64,000 nucleotides of DNA from Squalus acanthias (lineage: Eukaryota). Below the pieces are notes generated by a model. That model was not told the origin of the DNA. It ran no database searches and was given only the letters and a program-made list of their open reading frames with translations. Below, piece by piece: positions 26,101-39,189 of the stretch. The stretch spans positions 83,266,001 through 83,330,000 of the forward strand of contig CM059439.1 of assembly GCA_030390025.1 (NCBI GenBank), written 5' to 3'. Each line of letters starts with the position of its first letter. Positions within the stretch are counted from its first letter, which is position 1. The position numbers and the translations under genes were made by a program.

Positions 26101-26814
26101 CTCCCCACTCCTCCCCCCCACCCCACCCTCCAATCCTGGAAACAAGTAAAAACAAGTGTTTTTATCTTCATGTTTGATGCTGCATCCTATGCCCATCACG
26201 CTCTTGCTTTTCCAGTCAGACTGAGAAGCCAGTGTCTTTAGTCATGCTGGTCTCTGCTTTTATACAGAGACCCACTGAAAGCAAACATTTTCCAACATTC
26301 AAACAACTAAAGCCCTTATCCCAGTGGCAGAATCATAGACCCACATTTTTGTGGATTTACAGCACTGTCAGAATAAGGGAGCTGGGCTTGTCCCGCGATG
26401 GAGACGACTCCACTCCTGTAGGTGACTGCACCTTGAGATTGGTCTCCACCAGCCTAAGGCTGTGCAGAATGAAGATGTATGGTTCTGACACACTGGGGTC
26501 ATTTGCAACATTATTCTACAGAGGTATAGCATAATTATAGAGTGCAGCAAATTACCGCTCGGGCAAGTTCATCATCATCATCACTCAGCTCCGCACCAAA
26601 GCCAGAATTGTCAGTGTCTAGGGCCGTTTAATGTAAAATTGCAATCCTCCACAGCCAACTCCACTGCATGTAGTAAGGGTTGAAATTCATGGGAAGTCAC
26701 ACTGCATCAGATCAGTGTTCTTGCACCTTGTAATTTCTAAAAACAGACTCCGCAGAATGTGGAAGGAGTCAGGCAAAAGGCATCACTAATTAATTGACTA
26801 GATAGTGGTGACCT

Positions 26815-27955
26815 GTGACTCTGCCCCTGCCTCAGCTCATCTGCTGCTGAAACCCTCATCCATGCCTTTGTTCCCTCTAGACTTGACTATTCCAACACAC
26901 TCCTGGCCGGCTTCCCACATTCTACCTTACGTAAACTTGAGCTCATCCAAAACTTGGCTGCCCGTGTCCTAACTCGCACCAAGTCCAGTTCACCCATCAC
27001 TCCTGTGCTCGCTGACCTACACTGGCACCCGGTTAAGCATCACCTCGATTTTTAAAATTCTCATCCTTGTTTTCAAATCCCTCCATGGCCTTGCCCCTCC
27101 CTATCTCTGTAATCTCCTCTAGCCCTAAAACTCTCCAAGATATCTGCGCTGCTCTAATTCTGGCCTCTTGCGCATTCCCGATTTTAATCGCTTCACCATT
27201 GGCGGCCGTGCCTTCAGCTGCCGAAGCCCTGCAATTCCCTCCCTAAACTCCTACGCCTCTCTACCTCTCTTTCCTCCTTTAAGAGGCTTCTTAAAACCTA
27301 CCTCTTTGACCAAGCATCTGCCCTAATATTGTCTTCCTCTTTTAATGTAAACCAATCAATTATCTGTAACTAAATAAAACTTTAAAGGAAACTTAACAAA
27401 TCAAATTAAAATTTGGTAGTCCGGGGTGACGATGCACTCCAGCCCCCGCGGCGCCCACCGGTCACGGAAAAACTCAAGCGTGCCGGCGGACACCGCGTGC
27501 TCCATCTCCAGGGCCACCCGGGCGCGAACATGGCCGCGGAAGAGAGGCAGGCAATCGGGCCGAACGACCCCCTCGACCGCCCACTGCCTGGACCAATTAA
27601 TAGCTTTCTTAGCCAGGCCCAGGAGCAGTCCCACGAGGAGGTCCTCCGACCTGCCCGCTCCCCTCCGCACCGGGTGACCGTAGATCAGGAGCGTGGGGCT
27701 GAAGTGCAACCAGAAATTGAGGAGCAGCCCCTTCAGGTAATGAAAGAGGGGCTGCAACCTCTCACACTCTATATATACGTGAAATACGGACTCCTCCAGG
27801 CCGCAGAAATGGCAAGCGGCCTGGGAGCTTAATATTGTCTTATGTGGCTCGATATCAAATTTTGTTTTTTAACGCTCCTGTGTAGCGCCTTGGGACGTTT
27901 TACTACATTAAAGGTGCCATATAAATACAAGTTGTTGTTGTTGTTGTTGTTGTTC
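26815..27955 (+). mobile_element. L2 LINE 3' fragment with (TTG)n tail, interrupted by a Tx1-like insert
   Basis: Encodes L2-type C-terminal motifs (HAFVPSRLDYSN, HITPVLADLHW); matches copies at 39190-39830 and 46350-46750. Confidence 0.8.
27336..27829 (-). mobile_element. Tx1/L1-group LINE 3' fragment with 12-bp TSD
   Basis: ORF 27401..27757 resembles the Tx1 ORF2 C-terminus (LLLGLAKKAI...FRDRW); TAATATTGTCTT at 27324-27335 and 27830-27841. Confidence 0.8.
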
Positions 27956-28139
27956 CTTGTCACCAGTGGGATATGTTTCTGTGTGCCACTGCTCCCTGGC
28001 CATGTATATTCTATCTGTAGCACAGTGGCACTGGCTAATTCCAAGCACCCAACTCCATTTACTTTACACTGCGCCATGCAAGCAGCTGGGTACAAAAGCC
28101 TTCAAGAGGCATTGTCTTTGTGAAAAAGCATTGGCGAAT

Positions 28140-30500
28140 CTTCAGTCAAAGGAGACTATGAAGGTATGCGAGCGGAATTGAGTAGAGTGGATTGGGAAAA
28201 TAGATTAAAGGGTAAGACGACACATGATCAGTGGTGTACATTCAAGGAGTTATTTTACAACTTCCAAAAAAAATATATTCCACTGAAAAGAAAAGGGTGT
28301 AAAAGAAAGGACAGTCATCCGTGGCTAAGTAAAGAAATTAAGGATAGTATTCGACTAAAAACAAGGGCATATAAGGTAGCGAAATCTAGTGGGAGGACAG
28401 AGGATTGGGAAAACTTTAAAAGGCAGCAAAAAATAACAAAAAGATTGATTAAGAAAGGGAAGATAGATTATGAAAGTAAATTAGCAAAAAATATAAAAAC
28501 AGATAGTAAGAGTTTTTATAGTTATATAAAAAGAAAAAGGGTGGCTAAAGTAAATGTTGGTCCCTTAGAGGATGAGACCGGGAAATTAATGGTGGGAAAT
28601 ATGGAGATGGCAAAAACACTGAATGAATATTTTGTATCAGTCTTTACAGTAGAGGACACTAAGAATATCCCAACACTGGACAAACAGGGGGCTATAGGGG
28701 GAGAGGAGCTAAACACGATCAAAATCACTAAGGAAGTGGTACTCGGTAAAATAATGGGACTCAAGGCGGATAAATCACCTGGACCTGATGGCTTACATCC
28801 TAGAGTCTTGAAGGAAGTGGCGGTAGGGATTGTAGATGCATTGGTAATAATTTTTCAAAACTCCCTGGATTCCGCTAAGGTCCCGGCAGACTGGAAAACT
28901 GCTAATGTAACACCCTTATTTAAAAAGGGCAGTAGACAGTAGGCTGGTAACTATAGACCGGTTAGCCTAACATCTGTGGTAGGTAAAATTTTGGAGTCCA
29001 TTATTAAGGAAACAGTAACAGGACATTTGGATAATCATAATTTAATAGGACAAAGTCAGCATGGTTTTACGAAGGGGAAGTCATGTTTGACAAATTTGCT
29101 GGAGTTCTTTGAGGAAGTAACATATAGAGTGGATAAAGGGGAACCAGTGGACGTAGTGTATTTAGACTTCCAAAAGGCATTTGACAAGGTGCCACACAAA
29201 AGATTATTGCTTAAGGTAAAAAATCACGGGATTGGGGGTAATATTCTGGCATGGATAGAGGATTGGCTATCTAACAGAAAGCAAAGAGTTGGGATAAATG
29301 GTTCATTCTCAGACTGGCAATCAGTAACTAGTGGTGTTCCACAGGGGTCAGTGCTGGGTCCCCAACTCTTCACAATCTATATTAACGATTTGGAGGAAGG
29401 GACCAAGTGTAACATATCAAAATTTGCAGATGATACAAAGATGGGAGGGAAAGTAGTGAGTCAGGAGGACATAAAAAACCTGCAAGGGGACATAGACAGG
29501 CTAAGTAAGTGGGCAGAGATTTGGCAGATGGAATACAACACTGGAAAGTGTGAGGTGATGCACTTTGGCAGGAAAAATCCTAGAGCAATTTATTATCTTA
29601 ATGGCAAGAAACTGGAGAGTACTGAAGTGCAAAGGGATCTGGGGGTCCTGGTGCACGAAACTCAAAAGGTTAGTATGCAGGTGCAGCAAGTGATTAAGAA
29701 GGCAAATGGAATGTTGGCTTTCATTGCTAGGGGGATAGAATATAAAAATAGGGAGGTATTGCTTCAGTTGTACAAGGTATTGGTGAGACCGCACCTGGAA
29801 TACTGCATACAGTTTTGGTGTCCTTACTTAAGGAAAGACATCCTTGCTCTCGAGGCAGTGCAAAAAAGGTTCACTCGGTTAATCCCGGGGATGAGGGGGT
29901 GGTCATATGAGGAGAGGTTGGGTAGATTGGGACTCTACTCATTGGAGTTCAGAAGAATGAGAGGCGATCTTATTGAAACATATAAGATTGTGAAGGGGTT
30001 GGATCGGGTGGATGCGGGGAGGATGTTCCCGATGACGGGTGAGACGAGAACTAGGGGACATAGTCTTAGAATAAGGGGCTGCTCTTTCAAAACTGAGATG
30101 AGGAGGAACTACTTCACTCAGAGGGTGGTAGGTCCATGGAATATGCTGCCACAAAAAGCTGTAGAAGCTACAACATTAATTAAATTTAAAACAGAAATAG
30201 ACAGTTTCCTAGAAGTAAAGGGCATTAAGGGTTACGGGGAGCGGGCAGGAATTTGGACATGAGTCTAGGTTCGGATCGGTCATGGCCCTGTGGGTAGTGG
30301 AGTGGGCCCAGGGACTGTGTAGCCTGATTCTGCTCCTATTTCGTGTGTGCAATTCTGTTAGATGCAGGAGATGGTTCTGTGATAGATAGTAGATTGGCGG
30401 TTAGGATCAGATCAGCCATGATCTTATTGAATGGCGGAGCAGGCTCGAGGGGCCAATTGGCCTACTCCTGCTCCTATTTCTTATGTTCTTATGTTCTTAT
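28140..30500 (+). mobile_element. Young CR1 LINE, 5'-truncated; RT frame broken by a single stop
   Basis: ORFs 28166..28942 and 28976..30262 are in the same frame, separated by TAG at 28940-28942; full RT motif set; (TTCTTATG)n tail. Confidence 0.95.
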
Positions 30501-30508
30501 TTGTTTAC

Positions 30509-30857
30509 TGGGAATGCCAACCCTCCAGGATTGCCCTGGACTCTCCAGGAATTAAAGATACTGCTGCGAGCAGCCCAGGAGAAAAACCAGAGGGGCATTA
30601 AAAATTGTTTTTAAAAATTTACTTTTAACACTTTATTAGTTGTAAAATTATCGGGGATGGGGGGGAAAAAGGCTATTTGACTGACGGTCAGGAATCATCC
30701 AATTGGATAACTTAGAGTCTATTCGCTTTCCTATTGGCGTGAGAAGGCAGTGCGCCGCGAGGATGGGTGATTTGGGCGACCAATGGCGAGGCAATTGGAG
30801 GTGGGAGATCACATGTTGACACCTCCAGGAATATGTCCAACCAGCGTTGGCAACCCT
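30509..30857. mobile_element. Probable hAT-type MITE
   Basis: Imperfect inverted termini GGGAATGCCAAC ... GTTGGCAACCCT. Confidence 0.55.
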
Positions 30858-31432
30858 ATCAGTTACAGGCATGCAATGTGTTGATATAAGTTGTGTTCAA
30901 ACGTACCCTTGCCTTTGATGGTATCATGGTACATAAGAAATAGGAGTAGGCCATTCGGCCCTTCGAGCCTGCTCCGCCATCCAATAAGATTATGGCTTAT
31001 GTTCTACCTCCAATCCACCTTCCTACACGATCCCATATCCCTTGATTCCCTTAATATTCAAAAACTACACTGGGAGCGCGGACCCTCATTTGTGTGAATT
31101 CCTGGAGACCCACTATCTGGATGAACAAGTGAAGACGATCAAGGAGCTTGGAGATCGCATGACCAACTTGTAGAGACTGAGATCCCTGCCTTGTAGGGAA
31201 TGATGGCTTGTGACTTTGTACAAAGAGCTGAGACCTGAGCTCTGTAATGTCATTTACAGTAAATTAAAAAAAATATCCAAAAACTATGGTGAAAGTCATG
31301 TGTCCCTCTTCGGCTCTCCCCGTTTTACTTTAGTTTGCCAAATACTTTGCCATGAAACACCCCCTCATGGCCATGTTGCATTGGCTGCTGCTGCTCTTTG
31401 GCCAATGCAACATGTTCAGCCTTGCAACCAAC

Positions 31433-31696
31433 CTTGAATCCGTTGCTTTCCGCTTCCTGGAGCTTCTGCAGTCTGATTTGCCCATCGCAGGGACTGAGAG
31501 CCGAGGGCGGGGCGAGGCAGGTACATTTACAGTGCGGTCCCGAGCTGATGGTCTCCACCGTGTAGGAATCGTCCGCTGTGGCGGTGCCTTCCTCGATCCG
31601 CCGGCAGGCGTCCCGGCCCAGGGGTCTGAGCACACACTTGCAGCGGCAATCCGAACCCTCAGACACGGCTTTCACTTTGTTATAGTCCCCTAGCAA
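31433..31696 (-). CDS. OLFML2B: OLFML2B coding exon 2 (264 bp, 88 aa), Cys-rich N-terminal region
   Basis: [31 protein letters not shown]...[38 protein letters not shown]; [13 protein letters not shown] favour 2B over 2A; acceptor cttgcctccag, donor AAG|gttggt. Confidence 0.95.
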
Positions 31697-31726
31697 CTGG
31701 AGGCAAGCGAAGAGCAGGTCACAACC

Positions 31727-31768
<42 letters not shown>

Positions 31769-31769
31769 G
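31727..31769. repeat. Compound (GT)n(GA)n microsatellite near the exon 2 acceptor
   Basis: Seen directly. Confidence 0.9.
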
Positions 31770-32421
31770 TACACCATACATGTTAATTGTGAATCAGCGT
31801 CTAATGCAGGAAACTTGCAGTCATCACAGGGTGTATTTATATCGAGAGCTCTGTACAATTAATCCAAGTAATGAGTGCACAGTTAAAAGCGTGTTTTTGG
31901 AATGTTATTTCTATCTATTACTTCTGACTGTAAAATTTTTGGATACAAGTGTTTTTTTTTAAATAATTCTGTAGCTTTCCTAAATCGAGTTAGCCTTGAT
32001 GGGAAAGCCCCAGTGTCTGTTACAGTACAACAACCAGATAATTCACAAACTTGTAAATGAACATTTGCAGCTTTGATGTGTCCGGGTTCTCAGGGGCAAG
32101 AGGTGCGCGCCTCTCTCTCTCTCTCTCTCAAATACAAGCCCAGCATCGCTAAGAATTGTCCCACTTGGGATTGCATTTAAAAAGAAACCGGTGCAGTGGT
32201 GCTACATAAAAACTAAAAGTTGCAAATGTTTCTGCACACAACCAGCAGGTTTGTTAGACTGAAATAAACAAGTATCTGACCAACACAGTTCCTTCCAATG
32301 AAATCCAACAAACCTGCTTCTTTCCCTGGTGTTTTTGCTAAGGTGCAGCCACTGTTACTAAAACAGACTGCAGTTGTTTTATTTTTTGTTTCCCACCCAC
32401 CCAGTAAAGCGCTGGTTTTAC

Positions 32422-32619
32422 CTCGGCCAGGATGCTGTCCTGTCTCTCGGATTCAGTCGCCGGTGCCCCGGCTTCAGACTCATCCTTCGGTTCTTCCCAA
32501 ACGCTTGGCATCGGTTTGGGATTTTTCCCGGTGATGTTGTGGAGCCCGCTGCTCACCGGCAGCCCTCTGCACAGAACGAAGCCCAAGACGAAGACTGCTC
32601 CCAAAAGCATCTTCGCCAT
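32422..32619 (-). CDS. OLFML2B: OLFML2B coding exon 1 (198 bp, 66 aa) with signal peptide
   Basis: ATG at 32619; MAKMLLGAVFVLGFVLCRG is a hydrophobic signal peptide; donor GAG|gtaaaa; phase 0 joins exon 2. Confidence 0.85.
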
Positions 32620-33289
32620 CGGCAGAGGGGGAGCCTTCTGCACTCAGCCCTCGCCGAAGAGAAGTCTGGTCGAGGCGGTGGCAGGATTGCCGAATCTTAG
32701 CTGGCAGCTGCCAGGATCTGCAGAAAGCGAGTGCCAAACTCTTCCCCACCCCCCCCCAAAATCGGCAAGCCCGAGGCTGAGACACAAAACTACAAGACTC
32801 CAGAGAGTGGTTCAGTTCCTTCAGAGAGAGATGATGGGGTAGGATAAACACCAGTTGTGCAGATAACTCTGCATTGCCATACACAGCAAGTCCCTGTGTG
32901 GAGAGAGCACTCACTTTCAGTGTGCAGCTGAGCTGGGTATCTTGTAGCTTGCAGCTGAGTGACTGAATGGACTGAGGGAAGCAAGGAGGAGTTTTACTGC
33001 CAATAGTCAGCCAGAGTGGATGGGAGGGCTGTTGGTCAGAGAGTAACAGCCTTGAGAACAAAATACAGAACCACAGAAGGGGTAAAGAAACCAAGGCTAT
33101 TCTATGTTCATTTATAACTTGTCAAAATGTGAAACTCGCATATCTGAAGAAACTCGACCCCAGTCCAAATCTAGCAACAAATCAGTAAAGTGAGATGAGA
33201 AAAAATAAATTGAGACATATATATTTATATTCTTCAAGATGGACGAACATATTTTATGACACGTAATGGCTTTTAGCTCTGTTGTTTAA

Positions 33290-33660
33290 AGTTTAAGTAA
33301 TGATATTTAAAATGTTAAAAGGATTCGATAGGGTAGATACAGAAAAACGACTTCCTCTGATGGGGGAATCAGGAACGAGGGGACACAATCTTAACCGCAG
33401 AACTAGGCTGTTCAGGAGGGAAATCAGGAAGTAATTTTTCACATGAAGAGTAGTAGAAATCTGGAATTCTCCCCAAAAGGCTGATGATGTTGGGATAATT
33501 GGAGCTTTCAAGATTAAGATCGATAGATTTTTTGTTGGGTAAGGGTATCAAGGGATATGGAGCGAAGGCGGGTAAATGGAGTTGAGATACAGATGAGCCA
33601 TGATGTAATTGAATGGCGGATCAGGCTCGAGGTGTTTGATGGCCTGCTCCTCTTATTATT
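33290..33660 (+). mobile_element. CR1 3' fragment
   Basis: Matches other CR1 3' ends (GESGTRGHNL..., tail hairpin). Confidence 0.75.
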
Positions 33661-34309
33661 AAATCAAGACTTTTAATGATTAAGGTGAAAATTGTATTTA
33701 AAATCATTCAGATATATGTTGAATAATTGCCTTCTATTTATATGTCTCCAAACAACATGAAAATGAAAAGGAGTAGCTGCATTTGCTTTAGTGTCTTATC
33801 AAATTGTCAAAAATCTCAGTGCTTCAAACAAGGAATTACATTATAATTAAAACTAGTTTCTAAAAGCAAATTGTAAGAAATGGTGCACAGTTGAATCATC
33901 TTCACATAAAGCGCTGAAAATTCTTTCTAAGAAGAATCATATCAAACAGGAATGGGGTGTCATGTTTGTTCTGCTAAAATGTGTTGAGGGCAGAGATTTG
34001 CAGGACACTGAGTTTTCTATCCCATTCATACTGTCAGGAGATGGTGTTGAGCAGAATTCGGGGACTTCCTTACAGAGATGGAGAGAAGATTGCTCTGAGG
34101 CTGCTCTTGAGCACCTCCGCCAGGCCAATTACTGAATGGCACTCTCAGCAGCCAGGGAAGGGGGCTGCAGCTCACCCACTTACCTGGGGAATGGTGAATT
34201 ATTCATTAAGGTCTGGAAAGGGAGAAATTGGAAATAACTCACCACATCATCAAAAAGAGGATAAAAGATCCTCCCATGGTTAAGCAGCTGACTGCTCCCA
34301 CTGGTATTG

Positions 34310-34560
34310 CACTGACCCACAGATTGGAAGGTTCCCTGTCTCTGCTGAATTAGCTGCACTCAGTTGGGGAGTTACTGTTGTCAGGCCCAGGGAAGGGGTA
34401 AAAGCAGCCAGGGATCTCACCCTCAATTGCTATTCAGCAATCCTTTGCCTCCGCCCAGTGACGAGGCTTGTAGGGTAACAGCTGTCTGCAGGTGCCCCTG
34501 AACCCACAGCCCAGTGAGAATCAGCCTCTTAAGGACAGGGGGGGTGAGGAAATTGAAAGA
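34310..34560 (+). mobile_element. Old SINE remnant, LF-SINE-like (related pieces near 23525-23825, 47810-48030 and 56130-56370 on the minus strand)
   Basis: 'tctgctgaattagctgcactcag...cagccaggg' resembles LF-SINE-like repeats from memory; heavily diverged. Confidence 0.4.
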
Positions 34561-35671
34561 AGGAAAAAAACACCCTATTTTTGGACCTATGGTTCTCAAT
34601 GCTGTCCACCTCTGGGGTTTTCCTCAGCTCATGTCTGGGTCTGTTGTAGACTAATTGATAGATTAATTGCTATGATTAGTCAACAACTCAATTATCATTG
34701 CATCAATCGACGACAAGGAAGGTAGAGGGTGAGCTAGATGGGCCTTGGTCTTTTTTCATCTAGCAATTCCTATGTTATATAACACAAGACAAGTGGAGGC
34801 GCTCATCACCTCATTCTAATTGTATCAACTTAGCTCAGTTGGTAGCTTTCTGACTCCTGGGGAGGGGAATCATAGACCAGCCTGATACAGTGCTCAATCA
34901 ACCTCTCTTTATTCCAATGTTGGAAACAGCTGGGAACTGCCAAATTAAATGCCAGACTTTTATCTTACATTTTCCGCAAAGGGGTGAGGGTTCAAGCCAA
35001 TATTTTAACTCCTGTGGAAGTTATTCAAGAACATTAAATAGATTGTGACACAAACACAGACAGGAAGAACAGGCCAGTTGGGTAGTGAGCCCTTAGTGGC
35101 CTCACTGAAATAAATTGAATTTGGAAAACATTGCTAATAAGAGCAGTTTCCTCCTATTGGATTTGCATTTATAACCATTTGATTGTATTTATAATCACTT
35201 CTCTACGTCGTATTGAATTGTTATCAGACTGAGAGAGGTTGCTAGTAGGCAGTCAATTCACACAGCTTGTGAAATCTCTGTGTGCAGCAGATTAAGATGG
35301 ACACGACAGTTGTGTATAGAGGGTTAAATAAGTATGAGAACTTCAGTACCCTTTAGCAGCAAGTCGCAGAATAAAAGTACTTGGTACCAGATGATGATTA
35401 TGGCTCTTGTCTGGCTGGAGGTTCTCAGCTGTACCTCTAGGGGGAGCTGTGGGCGGAGGCCAGGCCCTTTTTCCCGCAGACCACATTCATCCTTAGCTCA
35501 CCCCAGTGGCCAGCTCCAAGAGGGAATGGTTGTCCCTTGGGAATGAGTTGCTTCAACCACGCGTTTTTGTTTATTTGAGAGGCAGAGGTGAGCAAGCAAA
35601 TTTGAGAACAAGAGATACATCAGAAAGTAATTTTGATGCTTTAAATCTATTTCATTTCCTGCTTTTTTTCC

Positions 35672-35708
35672 AGTTCTGACGAAAGGTCTTCGACCTGAAA
35701 CGTTAACT
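35672..35708 (+). ncRNA. Minimal type I hammerhead motif in a short Penelope-like tail (about 35660-35775)
   Basis: AGTT-CTGACGA-A-AGGTC-TTC-GACCT-GAAAC-GTT-AACT, with a perfect 5-bp stem II. Confidence 0.72.
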
Positions 35709-37569
35709 CTGTTTCTCTCTCCACGGATGCTGCCTGGCCTGCTGAGTTTTTCCAGCGTTTTCTGTTGTTATTTCATCAGAAAGTAATGACTGGGTTTTAA
35801 AAGCTTTCAAATGGGACGAGTGAAAAACTGAGGGCAGTAAGGAGTTATACTGCTGTTTGGATTGCGAGGAAGGAATGTGTTAGAGGTGACAGTGCAATAA
35901 GTCTCCATTTCAACCCAGGGAGAATGCAAGGTGTGTGTTCAAGAAGAAAGGGCATGTGCAGAGTTAAAAAGAGCACAGACCATAATAGTATCAAGGAAAA
36001 AGAAATAAAAGAAAGTTGCGACCAGGAGACTCTCAGGTGAGAGAAGGATCTCGGATCACATAACCCACATTTATTTGTATCCTGTGAGGCAATTGAAGAA
36101 GCTCTCCAGATATGGGAGCAGTATTCAAGCCTTAGACTGGGGCTTGAGAGAGAGACAAGGTTTGTGGTGCAGGGAAACCTCATGAAAAGAAGAATAAGAT
36201 AATATAGTTCTTACTGTAAAAGGTGACTCATTCACCCTCAACAAATTAAGCAATTAAAGTGTCTAGCATCCCAGTATGAGTCAAGTCAAGGCAATCTTGA
36301 CAGTCTGGCTTTCCACAATTCTCGCTCCTACTGGCCTGACACCAGCTGTGTCAAGGGCACAACTCAGGGACTTGGGTGATGGACCATTTTTAACATTGCC
36401 TGAATCCTTGACTTTACTTCCATCAGTCGCATGTGAATGTGGGCAGTGAGATGGCACAGTGCAAATCAATGGCAGTGTGCTGTGCCAGGCTAGTAGGGTG
36501 TCCATGTTTAATTCCCCCATGTTGCTGATATTTAGTGGAGAGGAAATGAGAAGGAGAGTCCTCCTCGGACTGTTGTCAGTGCCTCATACTAGCCAGTTTA
36601 AACAGTATTGGTGAAGGCTGAGGAGCAGGTTGTTTTCCCAGTTTCAGCCTTGTGTAGCATGGGAGCAAAAGACAAGGAATTGAGATCATTACCAAAGCAA
36701 CACACAATTTAGATGTACATGTACTGCATTTCAATCTGTGCTTGGAATTACTCCATTATTCTCCCCTTACTCCTACCTCCTGAAAACAGTGCCATTTTCT
36801 GGGTGGTAGTTTCTCCGGTATTGTCCATCATCTGCCAGCTCGCTGAAGTGGCCATTCTTCATGTGTGAGCCTAGACAGTGCCAGGCAGATTATTCAATGA
36901 TGGGGTGCCAAAGTCAAGCCCAATCCTGCCCACACCCCAACTTTCCACCTGTAGAGAATGAAAAATGCCCACGGATTGAACATGTTGTACACAAATTGGT
37001 CGTGTGTCATCTTGGCTAAAAAGTGTCGACTTGCTAACAAGTCAGCGTTATTTAATGACGTGAGCTTAATAGGCTTTGCATTTTCTGTTCATCACATTGA
37101 ACAAGTTGTGTTGACTTACTGTAATGGTGGGGATTGGGTGATCCAGACTGACGGGATGAAAGTTTCCTCTGCGCGTAAGAGTCTGACATATTGTGAGTTT
37201 GGACACTCCTAATCTAGTTCCGAGTGGGTATCAGTCCAGAGCATAATTTAGCACTAACTAGCAATCTCACTCCGAGAGGCCATGCACACGATGGATGGGG
37301 CGTGAAGTGGAAAATGTCATCGGTGCCGCAAGGGGTGCTTTTCCATTCTTAATCACTCCTACAATCCTCTGGCTTTAATAACATAATCTTGGTGTCACCT
37401 AATCACTACAACTTAATTTATCTCATCTTTTTTCAAATTTGATGGTGTCCTGCATCATCAGACTTGTCCCTTCTCAGTTTCCTTAAAAAAACGACAGGAG
37501 AGAGAGAGAGAATGGGGGTAATTATAACTTAATGTGGGCGATATTGGGCCTGATTTTTCGTTCTATTAC

Positions 37570-37755
37570 ATAGAAACATAGAATCTAGGAGCAGGAGTAG
37601 GCCATTCGGCCCGTCGAGCCTGCTCCACCATTCAATACGATCATGGCTGATCATCCAAATCCAGTACCCTGTCCCTGCTTTAATCCCCACAGTACACATA
37701 TCCCACCCTACCCCCGTAACCCCACATATTTAATTCCCCCTAACATATCCCATCC
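37570..37755 (-). mobile_element. HE1-like SINE 3' fragment
   Basis: Reverse complement of about 57005-57200. Confidence 0.75.
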
Positions 37756-39189
37756 TATCGAATTCAATGGGGGAAAATGGGGCGAGGTTTATAACTGGCG
37801 GCCGATCCAATTATCACTCGTTTTACACCATTGCCTAACGTTAAAATGACCCCCAATAGTTTCAGTAAATAAACACGTTACAGAGATGTAAAATGTTTGC
37901 ACAGGACACTACCAAGGTTGAAAAGACAAAGTAAATCCAAACCTTCCAAGTCTGTGTGGACATCGGGTGGAGACAAGATCAGACTGGGATGTGGTGCCAG
38001 CCAGGCTTGAATAGGCTACGGGCGCTTACTGCCCAAGTTGACATATGGGACTTGGGCGAGTTAGCAGAGGTCTCTGTACAATGAGTGCAGTTAAAAACAC
38101 GTTTTTGGAATGTTACATTTCTATCTATTATTTCTGAATGTAAAATTTTGAACAGGGCATTGTGACTTTCATAATTGCAAAATAGATATAAAAATGCAAG
38201 GACTTATGGAATTATACCCCTTGGACACGCTTCCCTCTCCTATCAAAGGGATATGGCTGCCAGGATCCTTGGTGGGGGAGGTGGTGTCCAGACTTAATTC
38301 TCCAAATTTCTAGCGTTATCCCCGTGGTGATGGTTTCTTTTTACAAATATTGGTGGCAGCAGAGGCTGGTTGGATACTGTTGCAGCAATCTCCCGATAGC
38401 AGGAATACTGCTAGGAATGTTGGGATTAGCGGACACCAGCACTTGTGCTGAACTTGACGTTTAACTATAAACAGAAAATGCTGGAAAAACTCAGCAGGTC
38501 GGTCAGGCATAATCTGTGGAGAGAGGAACAGAGTTAACGTTTCAGCTCTGTGACCCTTCGTCAAAGGTTTAACTATCTCAACACAGTTTTAAGCATGATC
38601 ACATTAAAGGGGAAGTGGATTCTGCTGAAGAATGAGATCTTCTGATTTTCCAATGCGTTTTTTTTCTTAAGCTGTAAGCAGATCACAGAATATTCATAAT
38701 ACAAGTGTAAGAAATTAATGGGCAGGAAAAGACCAGCTGATCCATCAAGCCTGCCCCACACCACAATGGCTGGAGTACTATGACTAGACACTTCCCTACT
38801 CTTTCTCCCCCTCCCCACCCCCTTCTCCCTCTATCCTTCTCTCCCCCTACAGCTGCTCAATCTCCTGGGAGGGGCAAAAAGCCAGAGAATAAACCCCAGG
38901 GCCAATAAAGGAGAAAAATACCCTGGAAAATTTCTCTCTGACCCCCTTAGGTGACTGAAACCAGTCCAGGTGATCACATGGACAAAGAGTTAGCTATAAA
39001 GACACTTGCCTTCTATATGATGCGATCTCTGCCCCAGTAAAGAACAGGTCCAGCTCCCTCTTGAAGGCAATGCAGAGAGTCAGCACCCGCCACACCAGCC
39101 GGCAATCAGAAAACTTTGGGTCTAATCAGCGAAAGGATTCTGTCCGAAACAAATAAAATACTTCAGGTTAAAATTCAAGGCTTGTAACT

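Noticed and set aside
31325-31858. 177-aa single-exon gene
   Set aside because: Only 31433-31696 is exon; the flanks are intron, including a translated microsatellite.
32480-33094. 204-aa ORF overlapping exon 1
   Set aside because: Non-ATG start, different frame from the signal-peptide exon and no recognisable domain.
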